A stretch of DNA of 64,000 nucleotides from Sodaliphilus sp. (GCA_963660435.1 CAVKYI010000009.1:371-64370); one strand, 5' to 3'; shown: positions 1 through 9,510, counted from the first letter of the stretch. Numbers and translations: made by a program. The notes: generated from the sequence alone by a model not told the origin.

Positions 1-418
1 GCGAAAGCATTTTGGAATTGCTTCCCGTTACATAAATGTCGATGTTGCCCTTTTGCAAGAGACCGTTTAATACCCCATATAAGCGAACCGGTTCATCACG
101 ATTTTGCAATTCTTTTTTTGAAATAGCGAACTGTATTTCGTCCAGCAAAAGGTAATACTTCTTATTCGTGTCGCCCATCCGTTTCCCTAAGAATTTCCAA
201 AGCTCTTTGGGATCGCGAAGATGTTCGTTTTCAATACTATCCAGCGAAAGTTCCACGATGAAATCCGCAGCAACTCCGTTAGAAAGCAGATGTTCCTTGA
301 AAATTTTAAAAAGAAAATAGCTTTTTCCGCAACGCCGCAGCCCGGTGACAATCTTAATGCGTCCGTTCCATTTCTTTGAAACAAGACGCTGCAGGTAAAA
401 ATTTCTTTCAAAAACCAT
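1..418 (-). CDS. AAA+ ATPase (AAA_14/DUF4143-type ATP-binding protein); 3' end runs off the window
   Basis: Absent from the ORF track because there is no stop in the window. My translation from ATG at 418: MVFERNFYLQRLVSKKWNGRIKIVTGLRRCGKSYFLFKIF...NKKYYLLLDEIQF...DIYVTGSNSKMLS. Walker A is GLRRCGKS and Walker B is LLLDEIQ. The listed ORF 187..444 is in the wrong frame. Confidence 0.7.
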   Translation of the reverse strand, partial: MVFERNFYLQRLVSKKWNGRIKIVTGLRRCGKSYFLFKIFKEHLLSNGVAADFIVELSLDSIENEHLRDPKELWKFLGKRMGDTNKKYYLLLDEIQFAISKKELQNRDEPVRLYGVLNGLLQKGNIDIYVTGSNSKMLS

Positions 419-756
419 AGAATCATCCGAAAGTTACTCGACATTTTAAACCATTTTCAGATAAAATATATAATTCCTGAAGGAATATTCAAAAATCATC
501 CGAAATTTACTCGATTTTACAAGCAAATTACAGACGCTTTCTTGACGAGGACGATTTTCAATGTAAATCTTGAATGCAGCGGATGGAAAATCCAAGTCAT
601 TATTACCCTGCGCCTGATTTTACGGCCTCAAGGACTGCTTTACCAAGCACCAAATTCGCTTCTATGTCTATTTGATCGATTATTCAAATAATAAGTATTT
701 GATTAACGTAATCTATTTGACAAGCAAAACAAAATTTCATATTTTTGAAAACATAA

Positions 757-1875
757 ATGATGTATGGAATAAAAAAAATATTACTTTCGTCGTGTTTTGC
801 ACTAACGGCATGCTCGTTAGAAATATTCGAGACTAAAAACGTCGTTGAGCCAAACGAAAAAGAATTCAACAAAATATCAAATGCCGAATGGACGGCAAAC
901 GATAGTTTATTGCCTTATTTTGAATTTTCAGAAGACGGGAATAAAACGATTTATTCGTCCGGAACAAAGAGAACTCTTTCTAGAAGAGCCCTAGTACTCG
1001 ATTCTTTAGAAGAATTCTTCGTTCTAGAAGAGTTTATTGCGGAGAAAATTTCCAAAGACAATTCTCTTAAAGCACAAATCGCCAGACCTTTAGACTATGT
1101 CTGCAAAACATCTTTGTTAGCTCTAAATGAGATTTACGAGACCATATCCCTAAAAAGCGGAAGGGTCTTACTTGATGACAAGATTTTATTTGAGCAATGC
1201 GAATATATTGGTTTTCCTTGTAGTGAAAACTGTGACGAATCTTCGGAAAAAGATCCGTATTTAACCTCAAAAAGAAGCCTGATTCAGAAAAAAGAAATAA
1301 AGTCAGAAACCTATGATTCAAAAACAACTGTCGAAATCTATCCCTATCGAATGATTGCATCCTCTTTTGTTACAAACATTTCAAAATTATATCACTCCGC
1401 AGGTTCCGAAACATACTTTAAAAAAAGGCAACGTATCTGGCGAGGTCCATTCAAAGGGATGGTTTGGCGTTGGGCCGACTTTGACCCCGATCGGAATGGC
1501 GTAAGAACGTATTGTTTCAGCGGTTGCAAAGTAGAAAAAGATAGCTATGGTTATTTCAAGAAATTTTCTTGCAAGCAACACAACCATGCAACAGACATGG
1601 ATAACTGGTTAGATACTGAAGATATTACGGTTCGTTGCGCTTTGGATTTTCCGATAACCAACGTCACGCTTAACTTTTCTGTCTCAGAAGAAAATGGCAT
1701 ATCGCCGGATAAACCGACAGGAAAAAGTCACATTGTTGAATCTTACGACGGAGGGGTTATAGGTTATCACTACGTTCGACATGGAGACAAACACTTTAAA
1801 GCGATAACGAGCAAGAAGCTTTCAAAAGAAGTCGTACAATACATAAGAAACGAATACGAAATGAACTATAGGTAG
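757..1875 (+). CDS. hypothetical lipoprotein
   Basis: N-terminal signal with lipobox (LSSCFALTAC). AT-rich ORF with no competing frame and no recognisable domain. Confidence 0.55.
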   Translation: MMYGIKKILLSSCFALTACSLEIFETKNVVEPNEKEFNKISNAEWTANDSLLPYFEFSEDGNKTIYSSGTKRTLSRRALVLDSLEEFFVLEEFIAEKISKDNSLKAQIARPLDYVCKTSLLALNEIYETISLKSGRVLLDDKILFEQCEYIGFPCSENCDESSEKDPYLTSKRSLIQKKEIKSETYDSKTTVEIYPYRMIASSFVTNISKLYHSAGSETYFKKRQRIWRGPFKGMVWRWADFDPDRNGVRTYCFSGCKVEKDSYGYFKKFSCKQHNHATDMDNWLDTEDITVRCALDFPITNVTLNFSVSEENGISPDKPTGKSHIVESYDGGVIGYHYVRHGDKHFKAITSKKLSKEVVQYIRNEYEMNYR

Positions 1876-1883
1876 GTCATCCT

Positions 1884-2399
1884 ATGAAAAAGTTGTTTTT
1901 TCTCCTCTTTTCCGCGGTTTCCGTCTTCGCTTCCGATTTCGCCGTGTCCGTCGGCATCGCTTCGCCGAGCAGGGGCATTCTGGGAGTCGAATACGGCATC
2001 GTGAAAAACGAGCTGAATGCGGGAATCCAGTTCAAAAATTTCAACAGCTCCTATACGGAACAGGGGATGTCCCTGTTGTATTTCCCGATGGCCAATCCAT
2101 ATATTTACCTGTTCCACGCCTCTTCCTGGATTCACGGGAAATTCGATTGCGACGGTCCGCGGAACGCGGAAGGGCAGATTACGACGGAAACAAAAACGCG
2201 CAATTACTGGCGAGTCGTTTTTGGCGCGGGCATTCAAAAGGCGTTCTTCCGGCATCTGGGCGCATACGCCGAATTCGGCTGGGAATTTTATGCGGGGAAC
2301 GACGGCTACTATCTGAATCTTGAACGGAACGCGGGAACGCTGGACAACGAATCGCTAACCTTCCCCATTGGCTTCGGCTTGATAGTCCCGCTTTTCTAA
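1884..2399 (+). CDS. hypothetical outer-membrane beta-barrel-like protein
   Basis: Signal peptide MKKLFFLLFSAVSVFA, alternating aromatic/Gly-rich strands, C-terminal Phe (IVPLF). Confidence 0.55.
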   Translation: MKKLFFLLFSAVSVFASDFAVSVGIASPSRGILGVEYGIVKNELNAGIQFKNFNSSYTEQGMSLLYFPMANPYIYLFHASSWIHGKFDCDGPRNAEGQITTETKTRNYWRVVFGAGIQKAFFRHLGAYAEFGWEFYAGNDGYYLNLERNAGTLDNESLTFPIGFGLIVPLF

Positions 2400-2430
2400 A
2401 GAGTGGCAAAATTTCTAGTTTTATGCCACT

Positions 2431-3447
2431 ATGACAGCGCAAGAACTTTTCGACCGACTGAAAAAAATCCAACCGGGCGCCGTGCTCTGCAGCTACACGC
2501 TCGAATACTGCGAGAAGCTGATTCCGACAATCAACGAAATCAACGAGCTCAAAAAGGAGAGGAACGCGGTAATCCTCGCTCACAGCTATGTCGCGCCGGA
2601 AATCGTTCTGAGCGTCGCCGATTACGACGGGGACAGTTTCAAGCTCAGCCAAGACGCTACCAAGGTGAACGCCGACATGATCGTCTTCGCAGCGGTCCGC
2701 TTCATGGGCGAAACGGCAAAAATCCTGAACCCAGACAAGACGGTTCTCATCCCGGGACCGCTTTCCGGTTGCAGCCTCGCCGACAGTATCACAGGCGAAG
2801 AAGTCAAAAGTCTCCGCGCAAAATATCCCGACCACACATTCGTCTGCTACATCAACACGACCGCGGACGTGAAAGCGGAATGCGACGTCTGCGTCACCAG
2901 TTCCAACGTTTTCAAAATCGTTTCGAGCCTCCCGAACGACAAAATCGTCTTTGTCCCAGACCGCCTTATGGGCGAGAACCTGCAGGAAGCTCTCGACAAG
3001 AAGGGCGTCCACAAAAAAATCGTCCTGCATTCGGGTTGCTGCTACGTCCACGAAAAATACGACCCGGACCTCATCCGGTTCTTCCGCGAACAAAATCCGG
3101 GACTTCGCGTCGTAAGCCATCCGGAATGCCACCCGGGAGTCGCCCTGCTCAGCGACTATGTGGGAAGCACGGGCCAAATGGTCAAATACATCAAGGACCA
3201 ACCCGAAAACACGCCGTTCCTGCTCCTCACGGAATGCGGGCTGAACGCTCGGATGCAATACGAGTTTCCGGATAAGAGCTTCATCGGCAGCTGCAGCATG
3301 TGCAAATACATGAAGTCCAATTCGCTCGAAAACATTCTCGAATCGCTGCGCCACCCGGAAAAGGCGGCAAAGGTCGAACTCGACGAAGACGTGATGAAAC
3401 GCGCAAAGCATTGCATCGACGAAATGTTCCGCTACGCAGCCATGTAA
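2431..3447 (+). CDS. nadA: quinolinate synthase
   Basis: 338 aa. NadA-typical motifs: ERNAVILAHSYVAPEI, ADYDGDSFKLS, VRFMGETAKILNPDKTVLIP..GCSLA, conserved Cys residues. Confidence 0.9.
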   Translation: MTAQELFDRLKKIQPGAVLCSYTLEYCEKLIPTINEINELKKERNAVILAHSYVAPEIVLSVADYDGDSFKLSQDATKVNADMIVFAAVRFMGETAKILNPDKTVLIPGPLSGCSLADSITGEEVKSLRAKYPDHTFVCYINTTADVKAECDVCVTSSNVFKIVSSLPNDKIVFVPDRLMGENLQEALDKKGVHKKIVLHSGCCYVHEKYDPDLIRFFREQNPGLRVVSHPECHPGVALLSDYVGSTGQMVKYIKDQPENTPFLLLTECGLNARMQYEFPDKSFIGSCSMCKYMKSNSLENILESLRHPEKAAKVELDEDVMKRAKHCIDEMFRYAAM

Positions 3448-3448
3448 T

Positions 3449-4132
3449 ATGAAAAAGTTTCTCGCCATCTTCGCCCTAGCCTGCGTGTCGCTCTTTGCCC
3501 AGAATCACGAAAAGGTCATCTGGCACCGGACATATTTTGTCTCGCTCGGACTGGACGCTTCCCTTTCCCTGGGCGGAGATTTGGACGGCAAGAGCGTACT
3601 GAATGCGGACGGAGACAAGAAGGAAAAAATCTTCGTTCCGTCCATCGGGTCCTTTCCGCTGCCTCTTGCGGAAATCGGCGTGAACTTTAACCAGCACACG
3701 GTTGCCGTCTCCTTCGGGATGTGGAACATCGACGTGAGCTTTGGAGAAGATTCCGAATACCGCACGGGAAACTATGCAAACTACTGGCGGTTCGCCGCGG
3801 AATACCGCTACTACTTTTTCTATCCCGAAGATTTCCAGATCGGGCCGGGGCTTTCGTATTCCTTTTCGAGGCTTTCCGTGCACAGCGCCGCGGTGGGCGA
3901 AGATAAATATGGCGAAGAATTCCGCGAAGCCGCCGTCTTTGCCGCCAACGCGTTTGCCGTTTCCGCGAACATGCGCTACAAGATTCGTCCCTTCGGTATC
4001 GACTTTGCCATCCGATACCGCCCGCTGTTCATTCGCAGCGTGAGTACCGATGCCGCGGGCTACAGCGATCTTTCCAATACGCTGTGGCACCACAACGTCG
4101 AAATCGGCGGACGAGTCTTCTACGAATTTTAA
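3449..4132 (+). CDS. hypothetical outer-membrane beta-barrel-like protein
   Basis: Signal peptide MKKFLAIFALACVSLFA, amphipathic beta-strand pattern, C-terminal YEF. Starts 1 nt after the nadA stop. Confidence 0.55.
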   Translation: MKKFLAIFALACVSLFAQNHEKVIWHRTYFVSLGLDASLSLGGDLDGKSVLNADGDKKEKIFVPSIGSFPLPLAEIGVNFNQHTVAVSFGMWNIDVSFGEDSEYRTGNYANYWRFAAEYRYYFFYPEDFQIGPGLSYSFSRLSVHSAAVGEDKYGEEFREAAVFAANAFAVSANMRYKIRPFGIDFAIRYRPLFIRSVSTDAAGYSDLSNTLWHHNVEIGGRVFYEF

Positions 4133-4150
4133 TTTTTCAAGAAAGCGAAA

Positions 4151-4798
4151 TCACCAGTCCTTTTCGGGCCGGGCCATTCCCTTTGCCGGTTTCCACGGTT
4201 TCCGTTCGCCGTGTTCCTCGTCGAAATCCTTGAGAAGCTGCGAAGCCTCTTGCGGACTCATCTGACCGGGCGGCACTTCCTCGTTTTCGCCTTCGCCACT
4301 TGAATCGGAGCTTTCCTCCGAAGCGTTCTGCTCGTTTGCGGAACTTCCCCGAGAATCGCTCGAACTTTCCCCGGAACCGTTTGCGTCGGAATTTTCGGAA
4401 CCTTGCGAGCTGCTGGATTCAGCCGAATTTTCGTCAGCGGAGCTTTGCCCTTCCGAATTTTGATTCCGCTCCTGATTTTCGTTTTGCGAATTTTCAGAAG
4501 AATTCTTATCCGAATTCTGGTCCGAATTCTGCTTGTCCTGACTTGAATTGTTTTCCTGGTTCTGCTTTTGCTGTTCGTTCTTGGATTCTTCGATCCGGTC
4601 CGAGAGCATCTGGAGCTTCGCGTCGTCCGGGTAATACTGCAAGCCTTCCTTGCACGTGATTTCCGCTGTCGGCAGGCGGTTTTCGATATACTGGAAAGCC
4701 GCATCCGAATAATACTTTTCCGCAGACTTCGGAGCCTTTGCCGCAAGCGAGAGTGTCGCCGCCGAAAGAACGGCAATTCCAAAAGAAATCTTGTTCAT
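4151..4798 (-). CDS. secreted protein with a long acidic S/N/E/Q low-complexity region; last gene of the Bat-like operon
   Basis: Signal peptide MNKISFGIAVLSAATLSLAA, a short TPR-like N-domain, then about 110 aa of SSQDKQNSDQNSDKNSSENSQNE... Its start overlaps the stop of the upstream TPR gene (TGATG). Confidence 0.6.
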   Translation of the reverse strand: MNKISFGIAVLSAATLSLAAKAPKSAEKYYSDAAFQYIENRLPTAEITCKEGLQYYPDDAKLQMLSDRIEESKNEQQKQNQENNSSQDKQNSDQNSDKNSSENSQNENQERNQNSEGQSSADENSAESSSSQGSENSDANGSGESSSDSRGSSANEQNASEESSDSSGEGENEEVPPGQMSPQEASQLLKDFDEEHGERKPWKPAKGMARPEKDW

Positions 4799-5526
4799 CA
4801 GATAACCCCCAAGTCATTGTCCGCATTCGACTGGTCGATTTTGCTCTTGGGCGCGCGTCCGGCCTTGATGTCGATGACATCCTCGATACGCTGGATATAG
4901 GGTCCGAGGCTTGTCGCGGTGGAATCCGAGGACATCGTGTTTTCGAGGAGGCTTTTCGCCGATGAATAGGCGCCGTCCTTGCACATCTGGAGAGCGCGGG
5001 CAAGAGCCTGTTTCGCCGCATCCGAGAGCTCGGGCTGCTCCTGATTGTTCGGATTGTTCTGGTTCTGCTCCTTCTGCCGGTCGATTTCCTCCTTGAGCTT
5101 TCGCTGGACGATTTCGACGTTTCGCTTGGCGTTTTCAAAATCCGGGTTTAAATCGACAGCCTTTTTCAGATAGCCGACCGCTTCGCGCCACTTGGAGATG
5201 CGCTCCGACGGTTCCGACGATTTTTCGCCGATCCGGTAAAAAGTATTCGCCAGGTTGAACGCTGCCTTGGACGCAAGCGAGGAATCCGGCATCCGCACGG
5301 CACTTTCGAGTTCCTTCTGCGCAGTTTCGTAGTCGCCGAGCTTGTAGGCGCAAGTCCCGATGTTGTAAAAAAGCAGCGGACTGGCGGGTTCGTCCTTTCG
5401 GGCTTCTTCGTATTTCTCGAGAGCGCCTTTAAAATCTCCTTTCCGGAACAGTTCGTTGCCGTCGTTTATCGGACGGGCAAGCGCAAGCGCGCACAATAAA
5501 AGAGGAACGATGAAAATTTTATTCAT
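4798..5526 (-). CDS. TPR-repeat protein (BatC-like)
   Basis: Signal/TM MNKIFIVPLLLCALALA followed by TPR repeats (GDFKGALEKYEEA, YNIGTCAYKLGDYETAQKELE, NLANTFYRIGE, YLKKAVDLNPDFENAKRN). Start chosen at internal ATG 5526. The track ORF start at 5628 overlaps batB. Confidence 0.75.
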   Translation of the reverse strand: MNKIFIVPLLLCALALARPINDGNELFRKGDFKGALEKYEEARKDEPASPLLFYNIGTCAYKLGDYETAQKELESAVRMPDSSLASKAAFNLANTFYRIGEKSSEPSERISKWREAVGYLKKAVDLNPDFENAKRNVEIVQRKLKEEIDRQKEQNQNNPNNQEQPELSDAAKQALARALQMCKDGAYSSAKSLLENTMSSDSTATSLGPYIQRIEDVIDIKAGRAPKSKIDQSNADNDLGVI

Positions 5527-5545
5527 TTGTATGCAATCCTTTTCA

Positions 5546-6574
5546 TCAGCTAAAGCGGCCAGCGACCTGTTTGCGCTTCTTGCCGCGTTCCGAAAGAAGA
5601 GCCTCGGCAAGGAACAGCAGAGCGGCAATCGCTAAAAAAATCTGGTAGCGATCCCTGTAGCTTTCCATCTGGTCCGAAGACGTGTCGCGCCTTTCCATCG
5701 AAGCGATTTCCGAAAGGACCTTTTGCAGCTGGAACTCTCCGGGGCTAGCATAGAAGTACCGCGCACCGGTAACGCTTGCGATATCCTGCAAGGTCTTTTC
5801 TTCCAAGTGCGTCGTCACGATATTTCCAAAGCGATCCTTGTGGTAAGCGACTTCTCCCGTTTTCGAAGGTTCGGGAATGGGAACGCCTTCTTTCGACCCG
5901 ATGCCGACCGTGTAAATCCGGATGCCCGCATCGGCGGCTTCCTTCGCCTTTTCCACCGCCTTCGCGTCCTGCTCTTCGCCGTCGCTCATCAGCACCATGA
6001 CCGCATACTTGGACGGCACCTTGGAACGCCGAAACATCTGGAGACCCTTGTCGATTGCCGCGGCAAGATCCGTTCCCGGATAAAGCCATCCCGGTTCGAG
6101 GCTCCGGAGAATCGTCTGCACGGTTCCGTAATCGAGCGTGAGCGGCACGAGCGTCTGCGCCTCTCCCGAAAAAGCCACGAGCCCAACCCGATCACCGGAA
6201 AGCGTATCCAGGAATGCGGAGATTTCGTGTCGGGAGCGAATCAGGCGATTCGGCTTCACGTCCTCGGCGAGCATCGAAAGGGAGATGTCCTGCAAGAGAA
6301 CGATGTCGAGGCCTTTTCGTTCGATGTGTTCCATGGATCGTCCCCACTGCGGACGCGCAAGCGCGATGATCAGAAAGGCAATCCCCAGGAGCAAAAGACA
6401 GGTCTTCGTCGTGCGACGCCACACGGAAAGCGATGTCGCGATTTTCGGGAACATCGAGAGCGAAGCGAAGCGCAAGGCGAGCTTTTTCCGCCGGCGATAC
6501 GCATAAAGGAATAGCAGCAGAAAAAGCGGGAGCGAAAAAAGGCACCACAAAAAATTCGGTTCGGCAAATCTCAT
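5546..6574 (-). CDS. batB: VWA-domain membrane protein (BatB-like)
   Basis: N-terminal TM (MRFAEPNFLWCLFSLPLFLLLFLYAYRRRK), VWA MIDAS motif (DIVLLQDISLSM ... GTDLAAAI), C-terminal TM. ATG 6574 overlaps the batA stop (ATGA). GAGGA RBS. Confidence 0.8.
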   Translation of the reverse strand: MRFAEPNFLWCLFSLPLFLLLFLYAYRRRKKLALRFASLSMFPKIATSLSVWRRTTKTCLLLLGIAFLIIALARPQWGRSMEHIERKGLDIVLLQDISLSMLAEDVKPNRLIRSRHEISAFLDTLSGDRVGLVAFSGEAQTLVPLTLDYGTVQTILRSLEPGWLYPGTDLAAAIDKGLQMFRRSKVPSKYAVMVLMSDGEEQDAKAVEKAKEAADAGIRIYTVGIGSKEGVPIPEPSKTGEVAYHKDRFGNIVTTHLEEKTLQDIASVTGARYFYASPGEFQLQKVLSEIASMERRDTSSDQMESYRDRYQIFLAIAALLFLAEALLSERGKKRKQVAGRFS

Positions 6575-7665
6575 GGAATCCTCACAAATCGTGTATTCGA
6601 AAGAATCAGTTCCAAAAGAATCAGAATCGCTCCGACGAGAAGCCACGGGTAGAACTTTTCCGAATAGCGCGCATAGGCGATCGTCTGGATTTCCGTCTTT
6701 TCCAGCTGGTCGATTTCCGCATAGATTTTTTCCAGGTCCGCCTTGCTTTCCGCCCGGTAAAAGCGCCCGCCCGTACTCGAAGCGATCTGCGAAAGCGTCT
6801 TTTCGTCGAGACTGTTTTCCGGCGGTATCGGCTGCTCCGCCCAGGAAATTTCGCCCGTCCACGGATTCTGCTGGAACCCAAGGAATGTTCCCGAACGCTT
6901 TCCGACGCCAATCGTATAGACCTTGACGCCGAGCGCCTTCGCGACTTCCGCGGCATGAAGCGGCGGCACAAGGCTCGCATTGTCGATGCCGTCCGTGAGA
7001 AGCACGACGACTTTCGACTTTGCATCGGACTTTTCGAGACGAGCAAGGGAAGTCATCAGCCCGTCGCCAATCGCGGTTCCGTTTCCCGAAGCAGACGAGT
7101 CATCGACCGCGGCAAGGATTTCGAGAAGCGCACCGTAATCGAGCGTGAGCGGCACGAGCGTATAGGAACGCCCGGCAAAGACCGAAAGCCCGATCCGGTC
7201 GCTTTCCCGCTTGCCGATAAATTCCGCCATCACGTTTTTCGCATAGCCGAGACGCGAGTAATTCCAGAACCGGCCGCTTTTCAGAACCTTTTCCGCATTC
7301 ATTACGCCGAGCTTTGCCTGGTCGGTTCGCGTCAGCATGTCGAGAGTTCCCATCGACCCGGAAACATCCAGCGCGAGCATGATATCGACACCGTCTGTCG
7401 AAGTGTATTCCACCTCGGTCGCGTTTTGCGGACGGGCAAGGGCGACGACAAAGGCGCACAGCACAGCGACCCGCAGCGCCGGCACGATATACCGCGCATG
7501 GATTTTCGAACTTTTGGCTGCCCGCTTCGCAATGGCGAGAGCCGGGAACTTGATCGTACTCTTTCTCTTGTGCGAACGATACCACCAGTCGAGAACGAGA
7601 AGCGGAACGAGCAGAAGAAGCAGGAACGCTTCGGGATTCTGGAAATGCAGATTACCGAGATCCAT
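6571..7665 (-). CDS. batA: VWA-domain membrane protein (BatA-like)
   Basis: MDLGNLHFQNPEAFLLLLLVPLLVL TM, VWA MIDAS DIMLALDVSGSM ... GTAIGDGL, C-terminal TM. AAGGAGGG RBS upstream of ATG 7665. The track start at 7713 is less likely. Confidence 0.8.
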   Translation of the reverse strand: MDLGNLHFQNPEAFLLLLLVPLLVLDWWYRSHKRKSTIKFPALAIAKRAAKSSKIHARYIVPALRVAVLCAFVVALARPQNATEVEYTSTDGVDIMLALDVSGSMGTLDMLTRTDQAKLGVMNAEKVLKSGRFWNYSRLGYAKNVMAEFIGKRESDRIGLSVFAGRSYTLVPLTLDYGALLEILAAVDDSSASGNGTAIGDGLMTSLARLEKSDAKSKVVVLLTDGIDNASLVPPLHAAEVAKALGVKVYTIGVGKRSGTFLGFQQNPWTGEISWAEQPIPPENSLDEKTLSQIASSTGGRFYRAESKADLEKIYAEIDQLEKTEIQTIAYARYSEKFYPWLLVGAILILLELILSNTRFVRIP

Positions 7666-8620
7666 TCGCGCCCTCCTTCTTTTCGGTTTCCGGAGCGGGC
7701 CTTGTTTCTTCAAAAAGTTTTTCCGCCCAATCGTCCCAGAAAATTCCGCGGTCGTCGCCGATTCTCATCTTGGCGAATTTCACGGGATAGGTTTCCCCTT
7801 CGAATTCCACCAGCGCTTCGCGATATTCTTCGGAAAGTTCGGTTATCTGCGGGACTCGAAGCTTTAACTGCGAAAGCGTCGCGTCGAGAATTCCCTCTGT
7901 CGGATGTTCGCCCAGAAATCTCCGCTCCACATAGCGGCGCACGATAAAGCTCAGCGATGCGTAAAATTCGGCCTGGTTTCCTAGCGCGAGCAGCTGTTTT
8001 CCGCGCAGTTCCTTGAGCGCTAGCACAGCCTCTTCGTATGGGGGGAGCTTCGGCACTTCCTTTTCTCGACGGAACTTCTTGTGCAGGAACCATCCGAGGA
8101 AAACAAGCAGCGCGGCAACGACAATTCCAAGCAGAACGGAAACCCAACCCGGCAAGCGCGTATCGGCAAGCGGATCTTCCACGTCCAGGATGTCTTCTTC
8201 CGAACCGTCCGTTCGCGTAACGACCTTGACCGCGACCGGATCCGTTCGCGTCACCACGGAATCCGCACCGAAAACCGCCTGCACCTCTTGCGGAGCGATC
8301 AGAAAGTCCCCGGCGACAAAAGTGTTGAGCGTCGCGCGCCACACGAATTTTTTCTGTCCCTTCGGCGCGCCGTCCAAGCGTTCCTCGTGCTGCAAGTCCT
8401 TCACTTCGAAGTTTCCCAGATTCCCCACAAAGCTCGGCAAATCGACCGACGCGCTTTCCGGAGCGGTCACGCAGATTTCATAGTCGAAGCGGTCTCCCAC
8501 AAAGACCTGCGAAGCCGTCGTCTGGGACTTGACCGAAACATGGAAACCGAAGACGCTCGACACGGCAAGCGAAAGAATCCCGATAAATATATTCAGAGAA
8601 AGATTCCGACTTTTCAACAT
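7652..8620 (-). CDS. BatD-like membrane protein (extracytoplasmic beta-rich domain, TM, cytoplasmic tail)
   Basis: Signal/TM, domain VFVGDRFDYEICVTAP...FVWRATLNTFVAGDFLIAP, central TM WVSVLLGIVVAALLVFLGWFL. Sits between DUF58 and batA as in Bat operons. Confidence 0.55.
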   Translation of the reverse strand: MLKSRNLSLNIFIGILSLAVSSVFGFHVSVKSQTTASQVFVGDRFDYEICVTAPESASVDLPSFVGNLGNFEVKDLQHEERLDGAPKGQKKFVWRATLNTFVAGDFLIAPQEVQAVFGADSVVTRTDPVAVKVVTRTDGSEEDILDVEDPLADTRLPGWVSVLLGIVVAALLVFLGWFLHKKFRREKEVPKLPPYEEAVLALKELRGKQLLALGNQAEFYASLSFIVRRYVERRFLGEHPTEGILDATLSQLKLRVPQITELSEEYREALVEFEGETYPVKFAKMRIGDDRGIFWDDWAEKLFEETRPAPETEKKEGANGSR

Positions 8621-8621
8621 C

Positions 8622-9509
8622 CTAGCTCCGACGTCTTGAAAGCATCCTGAAATGTTCCACCAGCGGATTCACCGTATCGCGGAACGCATCCTGGATCTGG
8701 CAGCGCACATAATCGACATTTATCTTCTGGAAAAGGTTCCGAGTCTGTTTTTCCGCCTTTCTCGCCTCGTGCGCAAAGGCTTCCCGGAATGCGGCGTCGC
8801 CCGTATCGACGAGCATCGTTTCGCCCGTCTCCGGATCTTCGAGTTCCACAAGTCCCACCGGCGGAAGTTCCGATTCGCGCGGATCCGTTACCGAGACGGC
8901 GAGCATATCGTGCCGCTTGCAGAGAATCTTGAACGCATTTTCAAAGCCCGAATCCTGAAAATCCGAAAGGACGACGATCATCGAGCGACGGTTCAGAACA
9001 CCGCCCACATATTCCAAGGCGCTTTCGAGATTTGTCCCGTGGCGGGAAGGCTTAAAGTAAAGGATTTCCCGGATGAGACGCAACACGTGCTTCCGACCCT
9101 TCGCCGGCGGAATGAAGAGCTCGACCTGGTCAGTAAAGATCAGAAGCCCGACCTTGTCGCCGTTCCGTACCGCTGCAAAGGAAAGCAGCGCCGTAATCGC
9201 CGCCATGACTTCGCCCTTCATCTCCTTGCCCGAACCGAACTCCGAACTCGAACTCGCATCGACCATGAGCATGAGCGTAAGCTCGCGTTCCTCGACGAAC
9301 TTCTTGATGTAAGGCGTCCCCATGCGGGCGGTCACGTTCCAGTCGATTGTCCGAACGTCATCGCCGGGAACATATTCGCGGACTTCGCTGAACTCGACGC
9401 CGTTTCCCTTGAACGAGCTGTGGTAAGCCCCGGCCATCATCGAATCGAGCGGGCCGCGCACCGAAAGCTCGATGCGGCTCACCGTTTTGAGAATATCCTT
9501 GGAGAGCAT
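8622..9509 (-). CDS. DUF58 (VWA-like) protein, MoxR partner
   Basis: Motif YHSSFKGNGVEFSEVREYVPGDDVRTIDWNVTAR is typical of DUF58. Lies 1 nt downstream of moxR. Confidence 0.85.
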   Translation of the reverse strand: MLSKDILKTVSRIELSVRGPLDSMMAGAYHSSFKGNGVEFSEVREYVPGDDVRTIDWNVTARMGTPYIKKFVEERELTLMLMVDASSSSEFGSGKEMKGEVMAAITALLSFAAVRNGDKVGLLIFTDQVELFIPPAKGRKHVLRLIREILYFKPSRHGTNLESALEYVGGVLNRRSMIVVLSDFQDSGFENAFKILCKRHDMLAVSVTDPRESELPPVGLVELEDPETGETMLVDTGDAAFREAFAHEARKAEKQTRNLFQKINVDYVRCQIQDAFRDTVNPLVEHFRMLSRRRS

Positions 9510-9510
9510 A

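Noticed and set aside
187-444. 85-aa ORF listed at the left edge
   Set aside because: It is in the wrong frame. The adjacent minus frame starting at 418 gives an uninterrupted AAA ATPase with Walker A and B motifs, and it is absent from the track only because it has no stop inside the window.
2179-3468. 429-aa minus-strand ORF covering all of nadA
   Set aside because: It is antisense to a gene with unmistakable NadA motifs. Its composition is R/A/V/F/D-rich with no motifs, which is a typical shadow ORF in GC-rich DNA. The same reasoning applies to 2403..3275 and 2017..2316.
4258-5138. Overlapping ORFs 4258..4782, 4300..4659, 4506..5138 and 4568..4900 around the acidic tail gene
   Set aside because: They are alternative frames of a degenerate short-period repeat with K/R/S-rich low-complexity translations. 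Only the 4151..4798 frame has a signal peptide and is start/stop-coupled to the operon.
5527-5628. Upstream extensions of several track ORFs (4798..5628, 5546..6862, 6571..7713, 21326..22471, 22372..23373, 37955..38926, 51864..54659, 13721..14356)
   Set aside because: Each extension overlaps the preceding gene or lacks an RBS. Internal ATGs are preceded by SD-like sequences and give canonical N-termini (signal peptides, or the IspH and QueA starts).
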